Below are positions 36,667-50,600 of a stretch of DNA of 64,000 bases, piece by piece; position 1 is the first letter of the stretch; every line of letters begins with the position of its first letter. Position numbers and translations under genes: made by a program. The notes beneath the pieces were generated by a model. The model made no database searches, was not told where the DNA came from, and saw only the letters and a program-made list of their open reading frames with translations. Source of the stretch: Leidyana gryllorum EB-2025a (taxonomy: Eukaryota; Protista; Apicomplexa); assembly GCA_048772705.1 (NCBI GenBank), contig JBLWGC010000104.1, forward strand, positions 1 to 64,000, written 5' to 3'.

Positions 36667-37842
36667 TTAACATTCTGGCTTGGGCGCCGAAACTATTTCC
36701 GCCAAACCCTCTTCCTCTGCTAAAGGATACGCCTGGAACTCTTCGGTCGCCACCAGCAACTCCTCATCATTCGCCACACACACAGCACACACGTCTCCTT
36801 CTTGTTCGAACACAACTGGTGGTCGGGTTCGTCGTCTGATTCTTGCAATTATCGCGGCTCCTATCAATAAGCTGAGACCTAATCCAGTTGTCCATCCCGG
36901 TTTTGCTGCGTTGACAGTGGCCACGGCGCCCATGGCGGCCAGCCCAGTCCAAACAGTGGCGAAGCCAGCAAGGCCACCAGTGAGACAGACCAACGAGCCC
37001 AGAGGAGCGACTTTGGCGACGCCACTGCCAACTAAACTCATAAGAACGGCGCTTCCGATGCAGCAACATATGATTGGGAAGGTGAGGAGACTCGGCAAGA
37101 CGGGAGGAGGTAGATCGTCGTACCACCAAGCCATAGGAGTCAATAACAGTGATGCAATACCAAGTGCAACCGAGACACCACGGAATGGTTGACCTAGAAA
37201 GTAACTAAGCTCGGCCAACCCGGCGTTCTGATATGCTTGACCGAAACCGGATAGGGCGGCTAATGTCAATCCAATGGCTATCTCTCCAGCGTGCTCGGCA
37301 ACACATTCACGCGAATTCATAATTTGACGCCAGGCGAATAGCATTGCTCCACCCGCGACAAACAGAAATGCAATCAATACTTTCCACCACGGATCGCAAC
37401 GCGATCGGTTCCATCCCACTCCCCACCTGTCGACCAACACACCTCCCACGGGGAGTCCAATACAAAAGGCTGTAAACATCCATCCTAATCCGATCTCGGC
37501 TGAAACACAAATGGTTGAAGCGGCTGCGACAATGGTGAACAGGGGGGTCGCTAGGGTGAACAGTGTGGAGGGTTGGCGTTTGTATGCGGAACACAAGCCG
37601 CGCACACGTTGAAGTATTGATGGTCCACAAATTCCACACACACCACTGAGCAACGATCCCATCGCTAACAGACATACATAAGTCCACCATGTCGACCCAA
37701 ACTCTATTGCCACCTGAAACACTAAAGCACACACCACCGCCAGAACACCTCCCATCAATATGGGTGCTACTTCAGCCAGCCATCCCGGTGGTCGGGATGA
37801 GGGCCATGCGACCACAGGTGTTTGGGTCTTACCCGATTCCAT
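36667..37842 (-). CDS. DMT-family transporter, YdcZ-like, two repeats
   Basis: About 10 TM segments. IGLGWMFTAFCIGLPVGGVLVDRWG..W.KVL and LAALSGFGQAYQNAGLAELSYFLGQP match the two halves of the YdcZ consensus. Intronless. Confidence 0.65.
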   Translation of the reverse strand: MESGKTQTPVVAWPSSRPPGWLAEVAPILMGGVLAVVCALVFQVAIEFGSTWWTYVCLLAMGSLLSGVCGICGPSILQRVRGLCSAYKRQPSTLFTLATPLFTIVAAASTICVSAEIGLGWMFTAFCIGLPVGGVLVDRWGVGWNRSRCDPWWKVLIAFLFVAGGAMLFAWRQIMNSRECVAEHAGEIAIGLTLAALSGFGQAYQNAGLAELSYFLGQPFRGVSVALGIASLLLTPMAWWYDDLPPPVLPSLLTFPIICCCIGSAVLMSLVGSGVAKVAPLGSLVCLTGGLAGFATVWTGLAAMGAVATVNAAKPGWTTGLGLSLLIGAAIIARIRRRTRPPVVFEQEGDVCAVCVANDEELLVATEEFQAYPLAEEEGLAEIVSAPKPEC

Positions 37843-38282
37843 CTGCGAAAAGGTAACTATCGTTTCAATTGAAATAAGCACTCTGTGGGAATGTTATTGT
37901 TATTATCGTTTCTTTGTCACACCCACCAGCAGCGATCGTATCTCCTTCTTCCTTCACCTCCAGCGCGAAAGATTCCACCTCCACCCCTTCTCTCTGATCA
38001 ACGTGTCTGTGAACGCAGAAAAACAACTAAAAGGAACGCAACCACTCAGTATTCACATGACCTTCTTCAGCCACTTCATCTATCTCTGAGTCAAAGTAGT
38101 CCTCTGTCGCGGCCTTCAAACGGGCAAACTCGAACTTGAGCTCCGCTTTGTTCGCCCCACCAGCTTGATGTTTGTGTTGGCTATTCTTCTTCCCCATGTT
38201 TCAACAGTCCTTTCTCCACGCAAGTGCGCGCACCTAACAAGCGGCATGCATCAAAAAGCAACTACCCTTTTAAATCCGACTA

Positions 38283-39392
38283 ATGGACAATGCCAAGCCG
38301 CGCAGAGGCCGACCTCCACGTAACGCTCCAACAGAGGCCACCGCTCTCCCCAAGCCCAAGCCGAAGCCCAAAGCTAAAGCCAAAGCCAAAGCCAAACCGA
38401 AGTCCAGAGCGAAGGCCAAAAGCAAAGCCACAGTAAAGCGGCCGCCATTCGCCTCCCTCAATGTAATACCCAATGATGATGACGGAGCGTCGGATTACGC
38501 CGGCTCCGCCTCCTCAGCTAATGAGTCCCCTGTTGTCATGGAGGCCGCTGCCGCCGAACCCGAACCCAAACCCGCTCCGTCCCCGACTCTCGCCCAGGAA
38601 GGCCACGCCATCTTGGAGCTCATCGGTGACGTGGCACGGAACTCCGGTGAACCGCCAGTTCACATTCCACCTGTGGGGACGACTGATCGGCGCTGCGCAG
38701 TCAAATAAGTCTTCAGGAGTCTGTGGGCGTCACCGCACATGGAATCAGTTCGTGGATCATTGAGCGCGGCTCCCTCGGGCGACTCTTGACATACATCAAG
38801 TCTCTTGATCCCTCTGCCAACGTCACGGTGCCCGAAAAAGATCCCGACGACACGGACAGTGACGATTCCAGTACCCCAGACGACTCTGGCCATCCGTTGG
38901 AAGCGAGTCCTGCATACCTAGCGGCTCAAGACTTGCCCTCCACCGCCCGAGTCTCATTCGACCCTCTGGGCTCCAGTGGACTCCAAGTCCACACACGCGG
39001 TGGCCAGAAAGTTCCGATTGCACGCGGCTTTCAGTTCTTCCCTTTCGGTAAATGGATCAATGACCCTCGCGTAGTCTAAAGTCGGATGTTACCAAACAGC
39101 GCGGACTGGATACCGCCATAGTACTGTGGGCCAATGCTTAGTGGAGGCCTTGATAGAGGTTCGCCAATCTGAGCTGTTCCAAGCGACACTGGCCACTGAC
39201 GAGCCTCTCTCGGCCTCCGTATTGCAGGAGCGTAATCTCAAGGAGCAAAGTCTACGGAAGATTCTCTCCGTGTTTGATGATGTAAGCTTGGACGTCAGAT
39301 TCCACATGTACTGTAAATTCGTTCGCAGGTCGTATGGAATGGATTACCCCGCTTCATGGCCCAGGCCGGATGGGCCCCCCAACGAAAGCTGA
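38283..39392 (+). CDS. Hypothetical protein with AT-hook and KP/KA-rich N-terminus
   Basis: KPRRGRPPR followed by PKPKPKPKAKAKAKAKPK; downstream ORFs 38723-39079 and 39126-39392 are probably further exons. 3' end uncertain. Confidence 0.45.
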
Positions 39393-39939
39393 CCCTTAAG
39401 GTATTTAACGCGCACACACAAACAGGCCGTTCAATACGCCACCTTACTCAATCCTGTCTAGGCTGATATACAAACCTACAAGACCATAGATGACAATATG
39501 ATGGCCTATCTTAAGAATGCTCGGTAACGCCATTCTGCTCAACCTTCTGGACCTTTTGTAATGACAGTTTGATCGAGAGAAGCTCTGCCCGGTCAGCCGG
39601 CTTCTTTGTGACGTCCCAATCCCTCAAGTTCGTTGGCATGGCGGTTAATGGCCGCAACCTCCCTAAATCCACCGCAATGATCGGTCCGCCAACCAGACTT
39701 GATACCGCCTTGAAATTACGTCGGCCCCGGAAATTCCGCAACTTGCGAATGTCCCGCCCTGCTTCAACAAAAGCTTGGGTCAAACCTCAAATGACCCATT
39801 CCGAGCTCACCAAGAGTCTGGGTGGGGAGTAACGGAGTAAGAGCAGTGGTGCCGTTGCGTAGAAACGCCGGCAGGAGTAACGAGGCGGAGGTCGTTAAGA
39901 GCACACACGTTTGTAAGCCGATTTAAAGGGGGAGCGTGG

Positions 39940-40471
39940 TCACGTGGCAACGCTTTTCTTCAAACGTTGGAGCATAACTTCACTCATACGACCTATCTTG
40001 GCTTGTTGTTTATTGGTCTTCTCATGCAAACGGCTGAAGGGAGAGGTGAGTGGCAAATAGTCAAGGGCCTACCCGAACTGTCTGCCTCTTAGTTTCTTGG
40101 CCTTCTTCACGGCGGCAGTCTTTTCCTCACGCTGGCGGAGTTTCTCGGCCAGGCGAGCATCTTTGGCCGCGACCTTTGCTTCATAGTCGCGACGAGCTCT
40201 GTCAAGCCGACTCAGGGGTTGCTCCTGCTTGCGGGGTTGGGAGGACGGGTTCTCCGCGCCTAGAGTCTGGTGAACAACGGCATGGAGATCACTGGCCTCA
40301 TATTCTTTTAAGGCCTTCCGTCGCTGACGCTCGAGCTTGGTACGCTTGGCCAGTTCTCTCTTCCGCTCAGCTGGAAAGATGAATTGTTGATTGTGATTGG
40401 ACTGTTTACGTACTTTGAGCTTCAGGAGTGTTATCTTTGGGCAGATAGAATCGCTTCCTTTTGGTGGTCAT
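39940..40471 (-). CDS. Fyv7/CCDC59(TAP26)-like rRNA-processing protein (absent from the ORF track)
   Basis: Three exons by manual splicing: MTTKRKRFYLPK...ERKRELAKRTKLERQRRKALKEYE...GRLHEKTNKQQAKIGRMSEVMLQRLKKSVAT*. C-terminus fits the family KT.K.Q......LL..I motif. Confidence 0.65.
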
Positions 40472-40494
40472 GTGGGGTGCAAAATTTAATTGCC

Positions 40495-43400
40495 ATGTTT
40501 GGATGGCGATCAGATGGTAGAAGGACGTCATTATTTGTCGGCGGGTGCAGAAACGGCCACGTTCGGCAGTTACGGATCCTCATTACATGACATAGGTTTG
40601 GACTCTGGTGCGGACGATCACACCACCATGTTGGATGATTCAGCCAAGCATTTACAGCTGGAGCTGGAGAGTCAGACTGGTCGCAAGATTGAGTACATTC
40701 AAGATATAACTGAGAATGATGTTAATCCGCTGCAGTTCCTGCGTTGTCCGACTATACTGAAACAAATGCGATCGTTACGAAGTATTCAATTTAGTCATCC
40801 CCGTTTGGGGGAGATAAGCAGCAATCCCAATTATAGACTTCTGACGGCATCGTCTGCTGGTACTGACGCTGACTTGGCTAATTTAGCCTTTGTACCTCAC
40901 CTGCAGACGCTCACATTATCTGGGTGTAAATTAACGACTGCTCGATTCTTATCGAAGTTGCCTCGATTGGAACGCGCTTATCTCAATAATAACCTCATCT
41001 ACGATCTCGGGGATTTGGCCTCAGATTGCGAGGCGGCCAAATGTCCTCTCAAACTTGTCCGTTTGGATCTATCAAACAATACATTGCCTGATAGAAAGTC
41101 ATTGGCACTCGACCGCTTAGGCCGGGCTTTGCCCAACCTCAAATCCCTCAATCTTATGGGTTGTCCGCTTCTCACCACCAACAGTGCCCTCCCAGCAGTC
41201 GAAGACGTTGGCCGTTTTGTTGAACGTTGGTGTCCAAACCTTCAAGTGTTCTGTGAGCGATCATTCACGCGGCAGTCCTCGGCCACCCCTCCTCCCAAAG
41301 AAGAACGTTCCAAGGACTCCTCCTCGTCCTCCAAAAATCAGCCGACTTGGCTCAAGACACCCCAGCCGCCACCGCACGAGGCTCCCGCGCCGCAGTCAGC
41401 CCTACCGGCCCCCTGGGCGGGCGCGGCGAGTCTCCCCAAGCCGCCTGAACCCCCCCTCAACTCAACGGAACAGCCCAGAAATGGTCTCGCTGCGGCCGAT
41501 CCGTCAGCGACGATGGGGCCGCCTTCCCGTAGGAGCCCTCTCGTCACCGAGTCAAACTCAATGTCTCAATCTCAAAACTTCCAGCCGGTGGCTCCTCGAC
41601 TTCCGGCAGAGACTTTGGCCCCGGCGGCGTCTCAGTTCTTCAGCTTCAATGCCGGTTTGCCGGCGTCTCCAACTACCTCCACGACGACGTCTCCGGCCCA
41701 ACCGAACGTCAGTACGTTGCCGGACGCTCCATCGCTGGCGGCTTTTTCTCGCAAAGCTTCGCTTCAACAGACGCCTCTGTCGGGGCCGTTCTTCCAGACC
41801 GCGTCTCGGCCGGCTTCGCAATCGGCCTCACCTGCGCCGTCTCCAGTTTCGGTGACGTTTCAGTCTTCGACCCCCAACGCTCCACTGCATATCGAGGATT
41901 TCCAGCCTGCGGTGCCGCTGAATGCTCTGCGCAGTACCGACGAGGACCCGATGGCGCTCAACGCTTCAAATTCGTCACCCGACACCAGTAGAGAAGTGTG
42001 GGACAGAGACGGGCCACACGCATCAACAACGCTCGGGCCGCCGCGATGGCGGCTTAGGGAACAGACGGCGGCCGACGAGATGCACCGACAACCGCTTCCG
42101 ACCCCACCGGCCTTCTTTGGTCATCGAGAGAGCGATGCGAGAGATGGAGAGAAGAGCCTCGAACACGTTGGGGGAGGAGACAGAGAGTTGGAAGGCGACT
42201 CCTCGGCGGCAGACAAAGGAGAGGTGGATCGAGAGTCTGACCGCAGTGGAGAAGAAGGCCGGGACATCAACAATCGAATGCCTTTTCCCTCTCGCAAGAC
42301 CACCGATCTTCGACGCGAGGGGCTGAATGACACTGAGAACGGATACGGACGCAATACGGAGGGCTCCTCAACAGTTTTCGATGAGCTGCCGACGACGACG
42401 CCGAGCAGCCCTCGTCGTCGTACTCAGCCGCTCCACAGCCACAGCCAAAGCCAAAGTCACGAGATGGCCGCCTATTTGACTGAACCTTTGGGGCTCAATG
42501 GTACCGCCAGCGGGTCGGTGCGGCGTCGAGGAGACGCCGAGCACATCAGCGACAGCAGTCGGCGGCGTCAGCACGAGTCTGTTCAGTTACCGCGGCCGGT
42601 GGGGACTGTTGATTTGAGTCATTTGCGGTCAGAGTTGGAGAAGTGGAAAGAAGAGAGTTTGAGGCCCTATCAGGAAACGGCGTCGCACATCTCATCGTCG
42701 TCGTCTCCCCCTCCGAGACCCAATACAGTTTCAATGATAATGGAGAATCGCGGTGCCCGAATACCGCCCTCAACGGCTTCAGGGGCTGGAGTCCTCCAGA
42801 CCCCTCAGACTCCTGTCATGTTCGGGGCAACGATGGATCTCAATACTGTGCCGTCTGCCTCCCGGAAACTGTTGGAATCGGGCGGGAGTCCGACGAGTGT
42901 TTCGACCGCTTCGACTTCTATCGGGTTCACACGTCGACCGACCACCACCGACTCTTTGGAGTTCAGATCCCGGACTCCAGCAGCCATGGAGCCACGAGGA
43001 GTCTATGCGTCCTTTGAGTCGCGATCATTGAACGCGGGGCCCGGAGTGGACCCCTCCACAGAGCCGTCGCACAGAAGCCCGGGAACTTTGAGAAATCTCA
43101 GGTTACCGGATACCACAGACGAGACACGATTCCATCCTCGGCGGTGAGTGGTGCGGTTTGCGCTCTATTGACTGAAAAGGTTTCGTCGTGTGTCTCTCTC
43201 TCAGACTGCTGCGAGATCAGCCGGATGCCTCCCAACTCGAAGCCGTTGAGAATCGCAGATCTGCAGATCCGCCCCCCATTTCGCTGATTGGAGTGCAGTT
43301 ATCAGAAGAAAGTGTGAAATTGGCAGAGCGCGCACTCGAAGAGGACCCCGCGGTACGCCACAGATATACCACACGGCCGCGTCGCAGAAAGACCGCCAAT

Positions 43401-44580
43401 ATGCCCACTGGCGCTCGCCAACATAATATTGTGTACGCTGGGTGAGTGAGGGGCGAAGGCCACGGCGTCACTGACATTGTCTCCCCTTTCATCAGAGACG
43501 CGGACGACGACGAGCTGCCCGATCTGTCGGGGACTGAAATGAGCCATTATTGGTCAGAGTTTTCGGCCACACTGACGTGGGCAATGGAGAGTCAGGATCA
43601 GGTTGAACAGGAATTACAGCAGCACCAGGCGACTATGGCGTTCCTTCGGTCCCAACTGTTGGAACTGTTGATGAAGTTCCAAAAGGTGAGCCACCGGCCA
43701 GCTTCACGCCAACAAACGGGTTTGGGACAGATGAGAAACGCGTGTTTGGCCTGTCTACGCCGTCTCGCTGCCACTGAAGGGGCTGAAGTCTTCGCGCGCT
43801 ATGCTGTGTCTCTGCACAGCCGGAGTGAGTCGCTGTTAGACAAACTCAAAATTCCCATTCTGGAGTCCCAACCGCTCGACGCCTCGTCAGCCGCCAGCTC
43901 GCCGCTATTTCTGATGGCAGAGAGCTGTATAAAGGATGTGGCCGTTAATCGGTTCGGGGCTGTATTGGCTGCGATGATATTCTACGACTTTGAGCCCTCC
44001 ACCGAGGAAGGCCGAGTGACAGATTACGTACGGGAAGTCCTGAAACAGTTCCTCGACTCGGAGGAGACGGTGGTGGAAATGGAAGTGTGCGAGCGCCTGG
44101 CCATCTGGGAGGCAGAGATTCACAGAATGATGGATGATCCCCCATCAGTCTGTGATGCCAATGCTGCCGCGAGTGGGAAAGACATCTCGACACTGAGCTC
44201 TGCTGAGCTGAGATTGGTGAGTGGGAGAGAGAGAGGGAGAGAGGGAGTCGTCCCCCGACAATTATAATATAATATTCACAATTTCAGCTGCTGCAACGGA
44301 TTTGGTCGAATCATCAAAACGCTGCCACGAAGATCCTGCAGGTGTTTGTGAACATCTGCGAAGTCCACAATCTCGTCCAGGAGACCACAGAGCAAATTGG
44401 GTTTCTGCAAGAAAGCATTTCCAATTTATCGACCAGATTGAGCAGTATTGTCCGTCAGTGCCCAGACATTCTGCAGGAGGCGCCCCCAAAGTGGTCAACT
44501 CATTAGTCCCCAATCGAATTAGACAGAAAAATAGAGGCGGTGGAGAGAGGCGGTTATTGCACGCAGCACTGTGTATGTGA
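40495..44580 (+). CDS. Leucine-rich-repeat protein with long disordered middle and helical C-terminal domain
   Basis: LRRs LQTLTLSGCKL, LERAYLNNNLI, LVRLDLSNNTL, LKSLNLMGCPL. Start is ATG 40495 (via a 34-nt intron) or 40514. Later exons at about 43205-44580; 3' end approximate. Confidence 0.75.
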
Positions 44581-44666
44581 GGGCGACTATGTCTGTAAGA
44601 GTGAGTGAGTGAGTGAGTGGAAGTTTGTTGTATATAATAACAATCTGCCGCCCCCAACGTGGTGGT

Positions 44667-47600
44667 CTAGAAACCAAAAGCAGCAGCCTCTCGCCACTCG
44701 TTCAATAGATCGAAGAATCTGTCCCGATGACGCTTGGAGCCGCAGATCAAAGATATCTCCACACCGTTGGGGAACTCTTCGTTCGGTGGACCGGCCAATA
44801 CCAGACACTCGCCTTCTCGTGCTGAGGGAAATAAAAAGTGTGTGGGGGGGAGCACACACAGTCTTACGTTTGCTGGTGGTCGAGCCCAACTCGTTCGCTC
44901 GACGCAGAGCGTCTGATTGCAGTCCCTTGGCGATACTGCAGAACCGACTGATGGCCAGAGAGTGTTGCCAGGGACCCTCGTTTGGAGCAATACGCCAATT
45001 GAGACTCCTGTGATGGGGGAAGTGGAGGTTCAGAGCAGCACCATGTTTTCTGACTTACACTAGATCCAGTGAGCTCTTCCAGAAGACGAGTTCTTTGTCT
45101 TTCTCGCCGACGACTGTCTTCATCTTTCCACCTGATCGCAGCTCTTCTTTGATTTCAGTGGGCAAATCTTGGACGCCATTCGGATACTTATCCTTATCCC
45201 ACCACGTCATTTCGAGCGGGAAATCCCATTGTTGATGAATAGAGAAGCGTGAGGGGTCACCACTTCTCTCATTGAGCAGTTTGAGTGTGAGATCGGCGAA
45301 GGCTTTAGTGCCTCCACTGCTTCCGAGCGTCTTGAGGACGTTGTCCAGATTCTTCCTCATAATCTTCTCCTTGCGCAGCGTTATGTAGAGCTCCGGCTCA
45401 CTCATGAAAGCCACATTGTTGATGACATAGCAGACCATCTTGACCACATCGGGCTCGTTCTCGGCGTGTTCGAGGACCTTTGCCATTCCCGCCGAAACAC
45501 CCGCGCCGTAGAAGGCGCTGGTGGTGTCCGGGACCTTCTCACAGGCCAAATAGGCGAGCAGACCCAATACACAGCGTACGACTCTGTTCTGTTTGAGGTT
45601 TTCGTCGCGGTCGAGCACTTTGATGAGGCCTTCGATGAGTACCGAAATGCTCTGACTGGTCATCTCGAGACTCTCCCAACTTCGCGGTGAGGGTGGCCGG
45701 TCGAGACATTCGCTGACTGGCAGGACGCCTTCGTCAGCGACATCGCCGTCCCAGTCGTCATCCGGGGAGCCTTTGCCTCCGCGGCCTCCAGCGGGGGGAG
45801 GAGGAGGCGGAGGGGGAGGGAATAAGGCGAGGGCGTTGAGGACGACACGGCAGGCCTCCATGTGCATCATGGAGTACTCGTTTGACTTGTGAGTGAGTTG
45901 GATGGTTTGGGTGAGGCCACCGGCGCGGATAAAGTCGATGACGTTGGCTTGTGTCCCGAAAAGGCGGCGTATGCATCTGAGGCCGCTAACCGCCAGATCG
46001 CTGTTTAGATTGTCGTCTGAGGCGCTGTTCTGACTTTCGAGGAGACTGGTTAGGAAGTCGAAGACTCCCGATGAAATGAGCTCTGGGATCGAGTCTGGGT
46101 TGGTTGTTTGGATCCCCAAGACGTGAATTCCATTCGCGTAGAGGTAGTTGTCGGAGTAGGAGTTCAGGATCCTCAAGCACGTGGCTATCCCGTCTTCCCG
46201 GAGGAACTGTTTGGAGTTCGTCGGCGAACGACAGAGTGCTCCAAGGACGTCGAAGGCGAGCGTAAACATGGTCACAGAAGAGCGCTGACCCTGTTTGAGC
46301 ATCTGGATGATGCGGGGTAGGCACACACCAAACCGTTGCATGTTGGCTTCCGTATTCTCCATGGCCAAATTGGACAAAGTCCGCAAGGAAGCTTCGACGA
46401 GGGAGTCTGGGATCCGATCGCTTTTGCCGTAGAGGTCCGCGAAGGTCTTCTCGATCCTTCCGTCCATAAAGATGTCCACGTTCGGAGTGAACAAGGCGAG
46501 GTTCCCGATGGCTTTGAACATTGTCCCCAGACAACGGAAGGCCTTGGCGTCTTCGCTTCCGTCGTACGCGTTGATGGTACGCATCACTGCTTGACAGGCG
46601 CCCTTCTTGCCGTACATCTCTTTCATCTCGTCCCGTTTGAAGCACGTGTTGCACATCAGAAGAGAAGCCGCGTTCGCCACATCGAAGTCCATCTTGCTCG
46701 CTGTCATGGACTGTTCCATGGCTTGAATATTCAACTCGAGACCTCTGTTCGAAACGAAACGGTTCAGGTTTGCTCCGTGGCCCAGTGTGATGGCGGATAA
46801 GGCTAAACAGTCGTTCGTTTGCACGGCCGCGGACCCCTCCGGTGGGGGATTGGCCCTCAAGGACCTTTGAAGTAAGTCCAGGCAAGCTTCGACGCCTTTC
46901 AAATCGCCGATCATAGTCTTTATCTCCGGAACTACTGCTAGAGCTGCCAATAAGAATAACACGTCTGGCAGCAGGTCGATACGCGCCTGCTTGTCGTTCA
47001 CTACTTCGATCAGACGCGCTGGAACATTGTTCTTCAATATAATCGCCACCCAGTGATCGTTCACTATCTTCCTCATCGACTTGAACACTTGCTTCAGCAA
47101 CTCCACCGAGTACTTCCCCGCATCGTAGTCGTCCCACAAACCGATCAACGCTCCCATGCACTCCGTACTGTTGAAGTAACAACGGTCCACTGCAAACCTC
47201 TCCACCAGCTGAAGACGGGGTATCAACAGTGTTTCCTTCTGAGGACCCTCCAACGTCACGCGACGTCCACGCTGGAGACACTCGCCGACGATAGCCGCTG
47301 CGTTCGGAGTCCCCGCCCACAAACCTTGCGCTTCGGACCACTGGACTGCGTCGTTCACCGCCAGAACTGCTGGCTGTACTGCGAACTCGTTCTTCTGACG
47401 CGCCATGGCCCGCAGAAACACCGCGTTCTCCTGCTGCCTTTCCATCAATATGTCGGAATTCTGAGGTAGCTCGTGAAGCAATTGGTAACACTGGCAACCG
47501 GCTCTCCACTCTTTCCCCAGATCGCTCTCCATGTTTTGGTGGGGCTCCTTCGAATACTCTTCGGTGTACCCGGTTACGAAATCCAGGTACTTGAGTACTG

Positions 47601-50600
47601 CTTGGGATTCCCCCGCATCCAATACTTCCCCCTGCTCCTTCGCAGCAGACCATTTTTGGTACACTTGCTGAAGAGTCAAATGCTCCGGCTGCTCATCAGC
47701 CACAGCTCGCTTGATGCTCTCCGCCAAGGCACGCATCTCAGCAGCCTCCTCACGGTCCAACTGGGGGCACAAAGCGTCCACTGCCGACATCAGCCCAGCA
47801 TAACCCTTGGCCTTGGCTACAATTGCACCGTTGCCTTGCTCGGCCACCAGAACCTTCAGGAACTCCAACGTTGCCTTCATGGCATCTGGGTCCTCGTGGA
47901 TCAACTCACCGCAATCGTCCAACAAGTGATCGATCCCGGTGCGCGCGAGTTTGGCAGACACATCGGCATCAGCTGAAGCAGCTTTAGTCAAAGCTGGCAG
48001 CGTACGCAGCAACACAGGCAACTGCTTATTATGGTTTTCGAATGTCTCAACCAACGTCTTGACCATTGATTTCTTCACTTCCTGCATACAGCCTGCAGCA
48101 GCCGCAGCTTCAGTGAACTCCGCCAGTGCAGCCGCGACATGGGCTTTATCCGCATCGGAGACCGTTTCATCAGCTAACAGACGGGTATAAGCCTCATTCC
48201 CCTTCTTAAGGGCCTGGGCAGTGGCGTTCGGCTCTTCCTTGCCAACAAGTTTCTTGTGCACACGCAGAACGTTTGCGATAGCACTCGGCGAATCATCGAT
48301 GGTGTCCAACTCGTTGACAAATGCGGCACTCTTCATTGAAGGGTCCATTTGACGTTGATTGGCATTCAGGTTGCCGATCAAGTCATAGCCGTGATCAAGG
48401 ACAGGCGGTTTCTTGCGATGGCGTTTCATGAGGGCCATGATTTCGGAGGTGGCGTCTGGATGTTCAACTCGACGTGATTTACGAGACTTGTGGATGCTTG
48501 CGATCGCATCGGCACCTTCAGGCTCAGAAGCGAGAGCAGCCAAATAATCAAGAACTGCAGCAACAACTTCTGGATCATTTTCATGATGTTTGAGAAGGTC
48601 AAAGCAGTACGGGATTGTTCCTTGCTTGAGAGCGGAGTCCAAAGTGGCTTTGTAGCCAGCAGGGCTGCGAGCACAACCGGCGAGGGTGTGGAAGCCATCA
48701 CACAGGAGTTTGCGTGGGCGTTTAACGGGATCTGTGCCGTGTTTGCTCAGCATTTCGGTAAGAGTGGGCATCATCTTCGGCAGCATGGCCTTCACCCCAT
48801 AGGGGCTCTCAGGTTCGTCTTTGAATCGATTGACGAGGCGTCGAGTGACTTGGCCGATGGAAGCGAGGAGAGAGGAGTCATCTGGGTTCTCCTTGGCGAG
48901 ATCTGCCAATTTGTTGATACACTCTTGAGTGAGGGCAAATGACTGGACGGGATCATCAACCTGAGCTGCCAGATACATAGCAAGCTTCTGGTTGAGTTTC
49001 TCGATGAGCTTCTTATAGTTGGCGGGTTTGGTGTTGCAGTGATCGATGATCTTGCGCATGTAGCTCCTGAGCATCTCATCAGCACCGAGTTTGCCCAGGT
49101 AATCGCCACAAGCTTTCATGAGGAGCCCATGTTCCGGATATATCTCCATGAGTTCCTCAATGTCATTGAGAAGAGTGAATTCGTTGATCATCTTGCGGTC
49201 ACCCACATCAGTGGCGAGGTTGAGGAGTTTGATTGCGTTCGCGCATACATCGGGATCCCTCTTATTGCGCTGTACAACTTTGCGGGTGACGCGACAAATA
49301 GTTTCGAGTTTGGGGCCTTCGGGCTTCTTGATGACCATCCGCATGTCTTGTTGTCTGGCAATGAGATCGGCACATCTTTGAGCCCTCTTGATGAGTGGGA
49401 GGTCATCGACATGATCGTCCATGACTTTGTAGAGGTGCGCGAGACCCTTCTTGCCGATGATGATTTTGACAATCTCATCATCGGGATCCATAAGCATTTC
49501 TTCCAGGGCCTCGATGAGTTTGTTGAGGTTCTCTTTGGGCTGAGGCTCGCCGATCTTGGTACAGAGATTGCCGATGAACCGGCGAACTTCGGGCAGAGCC
49601 AAGACCGTCTTGCGCGGTCTCATGGCAGCCAGAGCGGCCGCGCACTCGGCGAACAGGTTCTCATTCTCGTCGTGTTCCTCAGCAAACAGACAGATCTGCT
49701 TGGGGAAGCCGCGCTTGAAACAGACCTCTGAAGCGTCGCGATCACGCTGCAGGAGACGGGTGGCACTGGTGAGCGCAGCCGATACGCCTTCCTCGCTGCC
49801 CTTCCGATTCTTCAGAGCCTCGAAGATCGTCACTAAGTTCTTAACTGAGCCCTGAAGGTTGTTAACACCAACTCGTTTTTGGGACATGTTCTTGGCCGTG
49901 AGGGCTATTTCGGTATAAATGTTCATCAGCCTTTCGTCAGTGGCAGTAACCATCTTAGTTTGAGTCATTACATTGTTGATCGTGCGTCCCATATCGACTT
50001 TGGCCGCAACTTTAGACGCTTCAGGGTTCACAATGGCTTCGTTGATAGACTTGAAGCAGGCCGCCACTTTGTTCAGATCTCCGGCTTGCAGAGCAATCTC
50101 AATGTCACGTTGATTCTGCTGCAACAAACGCTCCACTTCGCCCTCCGGAACCAGATATCCAAGGAGTGCGTTGACGTACTTTTTAACTTCGGCCGAGGCG
50201 GTGAAGCGGCGTGAAGCAGACTGAAGAGCGGGTACTGCTTCGGCTGTTTTCAAGCTTTCCAGAGTCTTGCCGCCGTGCAGAGCCAAGGTGTGCATAAGGC
50301 GGAGTCCAGCCACCTGCACGTCCTCATACATTGCTACCTTCTGCATATAGGCAATAACCGAACGAAGGGCTCCCGATTCGACCACCTTCCGAGCACCTTC
50401 CTCGTTCCATTGAGCAATATAATTCAACGAATTGATACAGTGAAGCTGAGACTTCCTCGCGTCAGTCTGCTTCCTCATCGCACGCAAAATACCATCAACC
50501 ATGGGACCAACAGTGTCAGCATTCTCAAACCGTTGGGTTGCACACAGATTCTCCAACAGCGCTGCCAGATCGACCAAAGAGTTGTTGCCCACGTCTTGTT

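Noticed and set aside
39511-39832. Opposing ~90-aa ORFs between the AT-hook gene and the Fyv7-like gene
   Set aside because: No convincing start or splice model, no recognisable motif, and the coding strand cannot be chosen.
45986-47653. 555-aa alternative-frame ORF inside GAC
   Set aside because: Non-ATG start and Arg/Ser/Gly-rich composition typical of an off-frame reading of a codon-biased gene.
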